DNA of 63,814 bases, counting the filler, from Octopus bimaculoides (Eukaryota), in assembly GCF_001194135.2 (NCBI RefSeq). It is 10 parts of 8 records of this genome, joined end to end, with 100 filler letters (N's around TTAATTAATTAA, not from the genome) between each part and the next. Parts side by side here need not be neighbours in the genome. Positions count along the whole stretch, not along the records: positions 1 to 5,671 come from NC_068984.1; positions 5,772 to 17,124 come from NC_068982.1; 8 more parts are not named here. The stretch is one strand, 5' to 3'. Shown one piece after another: positions 1-12,026 of this stretch; the first letter of the stretch is position 1, and the number at the start of each line of letters is the position of its first letter. The translations under genes and the position numbers were made by a program. The notes under the pieces were generated by a model. The model ran no database searches. It was not told where the DNA came from and saw nothing but the letters and a program-made list of their open reading frames with translations.

Positions 1-80
1 TTATTTTCCGTCTGTTTTTTTTTTTTTCATGTTTTCCTCATTTCTTACCCAAAAGATGTGATTGTATTTATTTTATAAAA

Positions 81-290
81 GGTGCAGAGCTGGCAGAATC
101 GTTAACACATCGAGGAGCACAATACTTTCCTGCTCTTTTTCTGGCTCTTTACTTTCTCAGTTCGAGTCTCACCACTGTTGATTTTTGTGTTTCATCCCTT
201 CGAGGGGAAAATAAAATACAATACCGGTCAAGTGCTGAGGTCGCTGTAATCGACTTGCTTCTACCCCTGAAAATTGCGGGCCTTGAACAC
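81..290 (+). mobile_element. tRNA-derived SINE, family A (diverged copy)
   Basis: Head GAGCTGGCAGAATCGTTA, B-box-like GTTCGAGTC, body TTTCATCCCTTCG...GTAATCGACTT, tail AAATTGCGGGCCTTG; alignable by eye to many other copies in the window. Confidence 0.75.
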
Positions 291-579
291 TGAAACGGAC
301 TGGTATCCTTTTCAGGGGAAATGTTGTTATCTCGGTCACTTATACGCCATGAAACCTAGGTACTTGGCCTTATGAGTCCTACAGCTTAATAAAAATATAT
401 TACGTATTAATAAACCAAACGAATGCCATGTACTGTAGCTAAATTAATCATAGTTTTATTTTAATCTCTAATGAACTTGTTTTAATTTTAATATTTTCAT
501 TTTTGCTTCCTTCCCTGAATTTGTTTTTCTAGCTTATTAAGATTTTTGCGAAATGTTAATTTCCATTCAAGATAGTATT

Positions 580-975
580 TGAGTTCAGATCTGACAGAGG
601 TCAACTTTATCAATCATCCTTTCAAGATAGAGCACCAATGAAGTGCTGGGATCGATATTATCAACTTACCAGCCATAAAAATCTCAGGCCTTATCACCGT
701 ATTAGAAAGTATAGCTCCACGGTTTACGGCAAACACGTGCAAATCCTGCAGACGATGTAACAACATTTTTCTGAGCGTTTGCTTTGCAAAATCATCGGAG
801 CGTCGGATAAAATGTCATGTGAAAGTTCTAATAGTTTCAGTTCAAATCCCGCTAAGATCAGAATCAACCTTCATCCTTTTGAGGTTCATAAAATGCTGTA
901 GAGGTCAAGTACTAGGATTGATGGTATCGACTATCTTCCATCTCCAAAAATTGCAGGCCTTGTGTCTAAATCAGG
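580..975 (+). mobile_element. two diverged family A SINE copies
   Basis: GAGTTCAGATCTGACAGAGGTCAACTTT...AAATCTCAGGCCTT and GTTCAAATCCCGC...AAATTGCAGGCCTTGTGTC match the family A body and tail. Confidence 0.65.
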
Positions 976-1435
976 AACCATTTTTTATAGTTTTCTGATG
1001 TTATTAGAAAGTGTAAGCTCTCTATATTTAATGGCCACAAGAAGTAAATGCTTGTCACAATCTATAAATGAAAAGAAAATCGTTTAACTCCATTTGGAAT
1101 AATCTCATTTCAAAAGAAAACTGTTCCGACAGAGCAAAAATCCCTAGCTTTAAGAGTTAAAAGAAGTTTCACAAAATGTATTAATGAAAATAAAATCAAC
1201 TCCTTTTAGAATAATCTCACCTCAAGCAAACGGAAGGAATATACGTAGACATACCTTGAGAAAGTCTTTGAAATAATCTGAAATTTAAAATAATGCTTAT
1301 ATCAACGTGACAAAAAGAATGCTATCAAAAAGCGGTTACTGGGAGCTGTGCTGAGAAAATGACAATTTCTTTTCAAATGAATAAGGCTTCCCACTCAAAT
1401 GAATAAGGCTCTCTACCAGTTGAGTGTTACACACA

Positions 1436-1491
<56 letters not shown>

Positions 1492-1761
1492 CGCGCACAT
1501 ACACGTGCGCACATACACGTGCGCACACACAATATAAAATAATGATTCGAATTTGTGATACTATATATATATCATAATTAACTGTTGTTAGCAATCTTGA
1601 GTCATGTCTGTTGTGAAGATAAACGCAATGCAGTTTATCTTCATAGCATCCACGGAAATTGTTTTAGCAGAGCTTTTTAAAGAGACAATACCAGTCCTCC
1701 TTAATATGATGTGGGTTCTTCTTTAACAGAGACAGTATACTCAATTTGGATTTTCATAGCT

Positions 1762-2620
1762 TTAAAAAAAAAAAATTTCCGTTGCTTCTTCCGTTTTTCT
1801 TCTTTTTTTAGGAAGTGTGTGTATCCCCATCGACTGGTCCTCATCCTTATAAGCGATTGAGGTTGTACTGCTATAAGTGGTACTTCCTGGTCGTTTAGTA
1901 CTAGCTATTATTTTTGTTGCTGTAGGTGACTCACTTTGTCCTGGCTGTTTGTGGTTGGGAGAGGGGTTTTTGGGAACTTCATGGTTCACTCCTGGTCATG
2001 AGAACGAAGAAATATTGTTTGCGACTCACGAGTTGTGCTTGACGTCACCTTAGGAGTGATTTAATGCTTCTGATTCAATGCTGCTGCTTTTATTCCTTTA
2101 GAATTTCTGTGCATAAATTCCTTAAATTAGTTTTGCTCCAGCTTTTATAGTAGCTTGCTTGTCTACCTTGGATGATGAATTTTAAGATCTTCGTTTAGTG
2201 CCCTCTACAGGACACATTTCTGGTGTAGTTTTGGGGAGTCGTGCATACTAAAATGTTTATGGTAAACTTACCTGACCACATATCACCTAATATTATATCT
2301 GCTCTAACCACATGGCAACAGTGTGCTACAGAGGTGACTACTAGCACTAGTTAGGGATCGACTCATCACTGATGTCCCTGACAGTGACCCTTGTGTTCCT
2401 CCTTTCCAAGTACTGCGGAAACAGCTTCAGGGCCGATATGTTGCGTACTTTTGGACTTGTGCTTTCACTCGTTCTCTGGTTTAAAGATGACACATGTAAC
2501 GCCAAATACCTTCCCTCTCCCAGTGAAGGATATTTTACATACAATATCTGTCACGGCTGTCTCCAACTTTACTTGGATGAGACCAGAGAGCCTTCTAGTT
2601 ATTGATAAGGCATAGATATC
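1762..2620 (-). pseudogene. degenerate LINE ORF1-like relic (L1/Tx1-like)
   Basis: Fragmented minus-strand peptides FPQYLERRNTRVTVRDISDE, IIQGRQASYY and an S/T/K-rich end (PKKRRKTEE), organised like the ORF1 segment preceding the endonuclease at 59347-60110. Resemblance judged by eye only. Confidence 0.35.
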
Positions 2621-3209
2621 TTAGTTTTCTTCCTCTCTAGAGGTACTGTGATTGATTGTAAGCTAGCACCAGTCCGATTGACAAAATACTACCAGCCTTT
2701 AAATCTTTCAGCAAGTTATTACATATTGAAGGTTTTTAAATAGTATATACTGAATATTACAAATTGACGTACTTCAATATTGAAAGCTTTAAAGAGCTTT
2801 TTGTGAAGGACAGTTTCCGCTCTTCATGTGTACGATCGTGGTTGTTGTTCTTGCTATTGACAACATTTCTACTCGGTTTTGTCTAAATGCTCGTATTTTC
2901 TTTTAGGCCGTGGTTACTATTTATATCTTGCACTGCAAATAAAACAGTATCCTGTTTGTTTCTTTTGTAGGTTATTCTTTTGCAAGTTTTCTGTGAGAAA
3001 TGTATTATTTTGTACATTTCGTTTTTCTTTTCTTTTTTGTGGGCGTAGCATGCAATATTCATGGTCATTTTTTGTAAGTGAAATAAAAAGAAAAAATTAA
3101 ACTTAACTCGAAAACATTTTTCTTTTGTCAACTGCTACGTGATAAAACTCAGTATACGAGTATTTTTGGTAAAAACACTATTTCATTCAGGAAAATGTCT
3201 TTTTTTTTC

Positions 3210-4785
3210 TTTGAGAGTGAGTTGTATGTTTATGTTCTCCATGGTTATGAGAAAGATGGGTGCTGGTTACAAACTGCAGAAAGACATGAGACCAATCAAT
3301 CATCTGCTGTTTATGGATGAGTTGAACCTTTACGGAGCTAGCTGTGGTCAATTGGATTTCCTTATCCAATCCATACGAATGTTCTCTCCAGATTCCAAGA
3401 TAGCATTTAGTATAGAGAAATGCGCTGTTATTGAACTGTGGGGAGAGCGAAAAGTAGACAGCAGTGGAGTACAGCTTTAAGATGATATGTGGATAAAAGA
3501 AGTGAACGGAGGAGGTTACAATTATCTTAGTGTTTTACACTAAGGCCAGGTACTGAATACCAAGATGAAGGAGAAAACTTCTGAATATACAGAAGAGTTT
3601 AAAAAGTTATGTAGGTCTGAATGAAGGGAACCTGATTAGAAGCATCAACGCGTTGGCTGTGGGTGTGATGTGTTACTATCCAGAAGTTGTGGAATGGACA
3701 AAGGAAGAACTTGGGTAGAAAAACTAGGAACGTAATGGCAATACATGGTTGCCTTCAAGCTAGAAGTAACGTAGCAAGGCTATACTTAGGAAGGAAGGTT
3801 GAAGAGGACTGGTTGGCATAGAAGATAATGTTGTCAAGGAGATCAAGTCCTTGCGTGCCTCTCTGAGGAATAGTGACGAAAGGATGTTGCAAGCTGCACT
3901 TAATGAGAAGGTGATCAGCGAAAGAGGTGAGACCCTCCAGGAGTACAATTTGAGGACTAATAGAGAAAAGATCATCAACTGAAAAAGGTAAGTTCTACGT
4001 GGAGAGTTTTTTCAAAAACAGTGGATGAAGAATTCTGGAGATGGTTAAGACACGGTTTTTTTAAGGAGACGGAAGGACTGGTTCTTGATGCTCAAGAAGA
4101 AACTTTACGTACTATCTCAATCAAGTATAGCATAGATAAAACAATAGCATCACCTTTGTGTAGACTATATGGAAAATCATTTGAGATAATTATACATATA
4201 ATTAATGGATACACAAAACTAGCCTAAAAGGAGTACAAAAAATGTCATGACAAAGTAGTAGTGCGAATACACTGGGAGTTGTGCAAGAAGTTTGGGTTAG
4301 AATGTTCCAACAAGTCGTAGTAGCACCAATCTTGGCTAGTAGCAGAGAACGATGAGGTGAAACTCACATGGGGTATGCCAATATACACAGACAAAAAACT
4401 CCAACATAACTAACTAGATACCACCCTCTCACTGAAAGAATTCAAAGAATGAACCTGCATTGACGTAGCTATACCTGCAGATCAAGATATTGTTAAGACA
4501 GTGAACGAGAACGTCGGGAAGTACCAAGACCTAGGATTGGAAGTGAAAAGAATCTATAGAACCTCAGAAGTGAGCGTGGTACCGATTGTAATCGGGCCAC
4601 TTGGGGCCATCTGAAAAAGAACAATATTCAAGCATCAAAAGCTGCGAATACCAAACTTCTAAGTAAGGATTCAGACGGCAACAATACTTGAAACAGCTCA
4701 TGTGTTGAAGAAATTGCTGCACCTCTAAGCTGCGGAATAGAGCTGAGACGTAACATAGACACAGATAAATCAAAAGTTAAGGGAA
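3210..4785 (+). pseudogene. R4/Dong-clade non-LTR retrotransposon relic (RT C-terminus, CCHC knuckle, restriction-like endonuclease), 5'-truncated
   Basis: INHLLFMDEL (RT YADD-equivalent), FSIEKCAVI, KETEGLVLDAQEETLRT, CRLYGKSFEIIIHIING (degenerate CCHC), HDKV..HWELCKK, IDVAIPAD, KYQDLGLEVKRIY, VVPIVIGPLG; many stops and frameshifts; ends in (TAA)n. Confidence 0.9.
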
Positions 4786-4845
4786 TAATAATAATAATTA
4801 TTATTATTATTATAATAATAACAACAACAACAATAACATCAACAA
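4785..4845 (+). repeat. (TAA)n/(TTA)n/(CAA)n microsatellite at the LINE 3' end
   Basis: AATAATAATAATAATTATTATTATTATTATAATAATAACAACAACAAC seen directly. Confidence 0.9.
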
Positions 4846-4999
4846 GAATAATTTCATTTATTTCCTGAATGAAGGTGACATTATAGAGACACACTATTAG
4901 TGTATGGAATTTGCAGTGAAATCTGACGAGAATTTTTCATTATTATTATTTTAGATAGACGTAATATAAAAATATGTAATAAAGTCTTTTAAGAAGATT

Positions 5000-5450
5000 T
5001 CGGCAAAGGGATAAACACAGATCCCCACAAATCGAAGATCCTGTCTACCAAGTACAACTACCATTTTTCAACTGTCATCTCCAACTTAAAGGCGCATGTT
5101 CAAGGTAGATCCAATCACATGTGTCATGTACTCTGTGTCACGCTAACCTTTGAAGAATTTTGCTGAAAGAGAGCACATCCTGCTTCTTCTCTCCTTCCTT
5201 TTCATGTGGATTTTGGAAAAGTCGATGAGAACTTTCGGCCTCGTCTACCTCACAACCTCTTTTGTCATAGTCACCAGACAGGGAAAAACTTGCTCCAATT
5301 TTGTCTTGCCAGATTGAAGGTTCTCGTGGAAGGGACGCGTACCATTAGTCAGAAAAGGGTGTTGGTGCCTGGCAACATTCCCGACGTCAGACGCCTAGCC
5401 TTGATCTTTGCCTAATCTAGACTGCAGAGCAGTGGAAAGACGTGACACGT
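5000..5450 (-). pseudogene. L1/Tx1-like LINE ORF2 C-terminal relic
   Basis: Minus-strand CLVTMTKEVVR*TRPKVLIDFSKIHMKRKERR..SAKFFKG resembles the C-terminal segment of Tx1/L1 ORF2. Recalled similarity, not searched. Confidence 0.45.
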
Positions 5451-5625
5451 CATACATACGTAATAGCAATGGCTAAAGCTCTATTATTTCGGATAAATGA
5501 CAAATTCCAATATAATAACAGTATCCATATACATACATAGATACATACATACATACATATATACACACATACATACATACACTATATGTATATGCGTGTG
5601 TGTATGTGCGTGTGTATGCATGTGC

Positions 5626-5671
<46 letters not shown>

Positions 5672-5715
5672 NNNNNNNNNNNNNNNNNNNNNNNNNNNNN
5701 NNNNNNNNNNNNNNN

Positions 5716-5727
5716 TTAATTAATTAA
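5716..5727. other. assembly spacer TTAATTAATTAA inside an N gap (also 17169, 23127, 27539, 30170, 41010, 49187, 53329, 61370)
   Basis: Identical palindromic 12-mer with stops in all six frames, always centred in a ~100 bp N run. Confidence 0.95.
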
Positions 5728-5849
5728 NNNNNNNNNNNNNNNNNNNNNNNNNNNNNNNNNNNNNNNNNNNNTATATATATACACACATATATATCTGGGT
5801 CAACCAGGTTATCGAATGTTATAACGACTGAACGACTGGTGATAATGCG

Positions 5850-6050
5850 TATCCCATAGATGTTTACCATTCGTAGGATACTATCAAACTTGCTAGGTGG
5901 GAAGGCAAAAACTATCTCAACACGAAAAGTCAGTCCATCGCCGAATCACCTATTTACAACTAAGTGGACTGGAGTAACGTGAAATGATAGATTTGCACAA
6001 GAACATTACGTATACCGTGTCTGTGAATCAAAAAGCTGATCGCGCAATAT
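5850..6050 (-). mobile_element. diverged family B SINE
   Basis: AAGTGGACTGGAGTAACGTGAAATG...CAAGAACA is the reverse complement of the family B core seen intact at 50121-50372. Confidence 0.55.
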
Positions 6051-6207
6051 TCAGTAAGACATTCTAAATTTGGATTCTATACGCATTTACGCATAAGCGC
6101 GTATCTCTGTCTGTTTGGATTTTTTGAATTCCCAGATTAACCGTCCTCCGCCCAGTTGCCAGTTAACTTGTTTTATGCGTTCAACTACATTCATGCAAAC
6201 GCATGTC

Positions 6208-6300
<93 letters not shown>

Positions 6301-7729
6301 GTCAACATATTTATGTCTTCAAATACCCTAACAAACACTGCCTACAACCATTGCTCTACAGCATAAAGCGTTTAACTTCATACAGTTAATGCTTGCCTTC
6401 ATAATGAACGTATATTTTGGACCTAGAATGTTAGTCATAGAATATACATAAAGCTGGGAAGTGCTGGATGATTCTTACACGCGTTAAGGCTGTATTCAGA
6501 TATCAAACCTCATCAATAAACAACTTATGCATGGTATATGCTGAATGAGAAGGGGAAATTTTCTACCGGCTCGATATCGGAGTAAATTTGAGAACCGGGT
6601 TGCAATGTTTCTGTTCTTAACATTTACATATTAAGAAGTAGACAGAAAATTATATTATTCTACATACTCTGAAGAAAGTTCCAGTTGTGTACCGATTTGA
6701 TGATATTTTATGAATATTTAAATGTGAGAACTCGTCCGAACAGATCCGCTACGATTGAGAAACATGCTATGCCTAAAGTGTTTGTGTGTGTGTGTGTGTA
6801 TACATACATGCATGTATACATACATACACATATTCAGATAGTTAGAAATCCTATAAAGAAATGAATTGCCGTTACGCTATGCAAGTATTAAAAAAGCGAT
6901 TTGTTCTCTTTTTTTTATTTTCTATAAATGGTGAACACAATCAATTCTGTGGTAAAAAAAAACCTCGACACTTCGATTGCAACGAACTAAGTTAATTTTG
7001 TTGCTCATGAAAAATATAGCTTTTTGTGGGAGTTGGATGAGGAAAGATTAAAAGTGATAAAAAAAACAAAAACAAAAAAAAACATAAAAGATGTCCAGCT
7101 GTACTTGATGAAACATCAATAATGCAGGTTTTATGAGGTCCAGAAAATATGTTAAGGATAATAAAGTTGATTAAAATCAGATAATCCAGTACTGTCGTTT
7201 GAAATCATGCAATCTAGTTTCCTCTGAAATATTGATCATTTCTTTGATTGTTCTCTTTTATGTATGTGCCACATGAGGATTAATGAATTTGGAGAGGAAT
7301 TGGTTATTTTATGGCATTTTCCACAAAATTCTTTCTTTTGACTTTTGTTTGAAATTTTCGTTTCATCATTTCTCAGTATTTCAAATACACAATTTATTTA
7401 AATATTTGAATTTCATAAATTCAGTATCAAATGATGAAGTTAGCTATGTAACCATTAGCAAGAGAATTACTGTTACTACTTCTAATGATAATAATAACAC
7501 GGACAACAACAATAATAACAAAACTGTATTTAATTCAGGCAGAAGTCGAGGATCTTTGAACAGTAGGCGGTTAGTGGAAGTCATTGATAGTTATTTTATT
7601 AAAGTAAAGTTTAGCTGACTGGTATAATGAAATCTTACAGTACTTTTTCGACGCTCTAATTCTCATTATATACTCACCTAATAATAGAAATAGCGATATT
7701 GTTAATTATAATGGCTCCTTCGAATTTTG

Positions 7730-7925
7730 GTTTCAAATGTTGGCACAAGGCCAGCAATTTCAAGGAATGGAATAATTCGATTACATTCACTACAGTGTCC
7801 AATTGCTACTTATTTTATCGACCCCAAAATAATGACAGAAATTGTCAACTTCGCTGGCATTTGAACTCAGAACGTAAAGACCAGCGAAATGCTACTAAGC
7901 ATTTTGTTCGGCCTGATAACGTTAG
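7730..7925 (-). mobile_element. family A SINE
   Basis: GGCACAAGGCCAGCAATTT...TTATTTTATCGACCCC...TTTGAACTCAGAACGTAAAGAC...AAGCATTTTG. Confidence 0.8.
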
Positions 7926-8914
7926 GTTCTTTCTAATTCTATCGCACAAGCACAGCAGGTTCTTAGAAGTAGGCGATAAAATCCACCATGTCTCCATTAC
8001 ACCAAACGTCATAAATGTTTAAACCAAGATCCACTGAAAATCCGTACTCACCTGTTTCTATTTCAGCGACATAGCAGACATTTTAAACTCACGCAGCGGT
8101 ATAAAACCGGCGCCTGAACAGTTGCAGCCAGAAGATCATTCCCCTCGCGGTTTTCATATTAAAGAGCGGCGTGTTGAAATTTCGCTCCTTTAACTCCGAA
8201 AAAAATTGTGCAGAATGCCCTTGCGGACAAATACACCAGCGTATTAGCCTTGATGTTGCTGCAGTTCATGATGTTTCTACAAGTGTTACTGTTCCCTGTT
8301 ACATTCCGCTGCCGCTGATAATGTTGCAGCTGTTCTATTTATCGTTACTCTCATTTGGCATCTTAGCAACGGTTCAGTGGTTTTGAATTTTGAACTTTCC
8401 AGTACCGTCTTCACGCTACTGTTGGTTTTATTAAAGTTGTTTTTGCCATTGCTATTATTTTAGCTACTATTGACATTTGATACTCTGGAAGTAGTGCATT
8501 TATTTAGACTTTCAACTATCAAGAGTTAAAAATCGTTCTCCCCTCATTCCAAGTACCCGCCCTTGTCTTTCGCTTGACTCACTTTCGAAGGTGGCAACAA
8601 TTTTGTAAAATTTATTGTTGTATTTCTATATCTGTCTTCAAAACATATTTGGAAAGATTTCTAATAAATTTGAAATTCAAAGAAGAGAGTATGAAAAAGG
8701 CTGACAAATCTTATATATTAAACTTAGTTATTTAAAATTCTATATAAAAAAATTGCGACAATTTACAACGGTTGGGTATATAAAAGAGAAAACATTTTAT
8801 GCCAGCTGCTCGATTCAACTTATTGTTCTCACCACGATAATGACGACCACAACAAAATTATATTATAAAAGCACAAATGGTAGTAATGTTGATTTCTTTT
8901 TTCTGCCATAGAAA

Positions 8915-9245
8915 TAAGGTCTAAAGTCTGTGAGGATGGGCATGGATTACATCAACGTAAGTACATGGTTGATACTTATTTTATCGAACCCGATGGTAAA
9001 CGGCTGCGAAATTTGAACTCAGAACGTAATGACGGACAAAGTGTCACGAAGTTTTTGTCCAGTGTGCTAACAGTTGTGCCTGTTCACCGCCTTCATGATA
9101 ATAATAATGATAATAATAATGATAATAATAATATTGACGACGACGATGGTGATGATGATAAGGAGCTAGTCGATTAAATCGACCCCAGAGCTGAATTGGT
9201 GGTTATTTCATCGACCCCGAAAATATGAAAGTCAAAGTCGAACGC
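8915..9245 (-). mobile_element. family A SINE (8915-9091) plus a partial copy (9165-9245)
   Basis: GATTACATCAAC...TTTGAACTCAGAACGTAA...GTGCTAAC...CACCGCCTT; second piece GTCGATTAAATCGACCCCAG...TCGACCCCGAAA. Confidence 0.7.
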
Positions 9246-10239
9246 AAGAATCATTTGGACAATATAAATCCAAAGACATATTCTCCTACATAAACAACAG
9301 AAGAGCTGCAGAAAATAGATGTAAGAGTGTAGCGATTATATATTATAAATAACAATATATTCACAAAGAGGAAAATATTACACATTGCCCGATAGATTAT
9401 AAAACAACATGTGGCATTGTATTGCATTCATCGATCCTTGAGGCACTGGGGATGTATAGTTTATCATTATTGATTATAGAATTCATGGAATGTAACATGG
9501 CAGAATGGAAAACTAATATGATAATAAATCACATGGTAGGTGAACTACAATCTGGTTCGATTGATATAATATCGCTAATTTTCAAGTAGACACGTTTTCA
9601 TAATATTTATTTTCTCTAGTTCCTCCACCATGTAAGCAAAATTTCAATAGTACAGACAGTGGCTTCATGGTTGAAGAGTCCTTCTTTAAGCATTTCCCGT
9701 ACATTATGACAACGTGTTAACTACCAACTATATGAAACAGGCTACGGCTGTTAAAATTAGTACGTGTTAAATTGAACTCAAGCTTATAATAATGGACATA
9801 GGAATTATTATGTTTTAAAGATATTGGGAATTCACAGAAGGTGAACATACTTGACACACTAGAGAGAAAGAACTAATACAGATAGAGTTTTTTCGTCCTC
9901 CTGAAATTCGCAAACAAATGCAAAATCCATTGCCGCAGAAAATGATATAATCAAGTCACAGAAACAGTAGTGTAATATGAGTGCAGCGCGATTCTCTTGC
10001 ATGCATTATTACAAGTAGATAACGGGGTGGAAAGTAATGGAACTGATGTTTTGCACACTAATTGATGTAGTATTTCTAAAGGACGATTACAGCAGCAGAA
10101 AATGTCTCCTGATTTTAATATAAGTATTATAATTAATGAAAATGAGTCACACACATACTTACTGCCGTAAACATTGTATCACTTCTTGAAGAATAATCGG
10201 TATAATCATATGAAACGCGGCGAATTGATAAAATAGTTT

Positions 10240-10543
10240 ACTCTTATACTCTTTTATTTGTTTCAGTAATTTCACTGCAGCCATGCTGGAGCACCGCCTT
10301 TAGTCGAATATATCCACCCCAGGACATATTCTTTGTAAGCTTGGTACTCATTCTATCGGTGTTTTTTCCCAAACCACTAGCTTACGGGGACGTAAACATA
10401 CCAGCATCGGTTGTCAAGCGATGGTGGGGCGGAGGGCAAAAACACAGACACACAAACATATACATATATAGACGACGGGCTTCTTTCAGTTTGTTTCTAT
10501 CAAATCCCCTCACGAGGCTTTGCTCGGTCCGAGGCTATAGTAG
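10240..10543 (-). mobile_element. family C SINE (tRNA/CORE-like), 5'-truncated
   Basis: GCCATGCTGGAGCACCGCCTTTAGTCG...GACGGGCTTCTTTCAGTTT...GGCTATAGTAGAAGACATTTGCCCAAGGTG. Confidence 0.85.
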
Positions 10544-11281
10544 AAGACATTTGCCCAAGGTGGTAGTGGTGGTAGGAGAAGGAAACGGAAGAGGAGAAGG
10601 AAACAAGAGAATTAGAAGTGTTTGACAACGTTGCTGTAAATGGAGGAAAACACACGCTTAGTCATGCATAGCTGTTCGCAGAGAAAGAACTACTCGAAGC
10701 ATAATTTTTGTATAGGTAAAAATAATGATAATATACCTGTAGATAAAGCTAAGCATATAAAAATTTTAACGATTGAATATCGACAAAAATAAATAATTCT
10801 CCTCAAATATTCCCAAAATCAAACTTGTCACAAACAGGCCTGTGAATACATAGATTCGTGTGAATCTGGCTAAACACTTTGGCAGAATGAGGTCCTTCTA
10901 AATATTGAAATTAGTGTTTTTGTTTTCATATGGTTTGGAGGAAAGGAATATGACCATGCTGATACAATCCCTACGAAACGTTACACATTAATAGTGTTAA
11001 AATATGTATTGGCCAGTTCCTGCACCACAGTTTAGAGAGAATAGCGAGAAGCATATTTAAGGGAATGACCAACGTTCTGAATAGAAAGAACCGGGTGTTT
11101 TTCTCGGGTTGAGACGTTTGGAAGATAAAATATACTTGACGATAGAAGACGCGTAAGTTGTGAGTGTTGGCTGAGTGTGGCACCGGGTGATTCTGTTGAG
11201 CCAATTCTATTATTGATAAAAAAGATAAATTAATGAAATAGCATATCTTCAGAATACACTGTGAATAATGTTTGTATACGC

Positions 11282-11783
11282 GCACGAGTGGCAGTGTGGT
11301 AAGTAGCTTGCTTACCAACCACGTGGTTCCGGGTTCAGTCCCACTGCGTGGCACCTTGGGCAAGTATCTTCTACTATAGCCTCGGGCCGACCAAAGCCTT
11401 GTGAGTGGATTTGGTAGACGGAAACTGAAAGAAGCCCGTCGTATATATATATATATATATATATATATGTGNNNNNNNNNNNNNNNNNNNNNNNNNNNNN
11501 NNNNNNNNNNNNNNNNNNNNNNNNNNNNNNNNNNNNNNNNNNNNNNNNNNNNNNNNNNNNNNNNNNNNNNNNNNNNNNNNNNNNNNNNNNNNNNNNNNNN
11601 NNNNNNNNNNNNNNNNNNNNNNNNNNNNNNNNNNNNNNNNNNNNNNNNNNNNNNNNNNNNNNNNNNNNNNNNNNNNNNNNNNNNNNNNNNNNNNNNNNNN
11701 NNNNNNNNNNNNNNNNNNNNNNNNNNNNNNNNNNNNNCATGGCCGCAGTCAAATGATTGAAACAAGTAAGAGAGTAAAATGAG
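11282..11783 (+). mobile_element. family C SINE spanning a gap
   Basis: tRNA-like head GTGGCAGTGTGGTAAG...CCGGGTTCAGTCCC, CORE-like CACCTTGGGCAAGTATCTTCTACTATAGCC, internal (TA)n, tail CATGGCCGCAGTCAAATGATTGAAACAAGT. Confidence 0.9.
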
Positions 11784-11967
11784 CGTGTCAACATATTAAG
11801 CATTTGAGAGGCTTTTCCTTGTATACATTCTCGGATGTATTTTTATTGCAGCAGCGGCATCGACTCAGAATGAGGAGCATTTTTCTCTTTTGTAGAGAGC
11901 TATTAGTTGTACACGTTCACATTGTATCTTTACTATATGTGTGTGTTTGTGTGTGTCTGCGTGTGCG

Positions 11968-12026
<59 letters not shown>

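Noticed and set aside
1066-1235. Diverged ~115 bp-period duplication (AATGAAAA.AAAATC..AACTCC.TTT.GAATAATCTCA)
   Set aside because: Two-copy AT-rich local duplication with no structure or motif supporting function.
5716-5727. Recurrent palindromic TTAATTAATTAA (nine occurrences), which could look like a repeat or operator
   Set aside because: Always centred in ~100 bp N runs and supplies stops in all six frames: an artificial assembly spacer.
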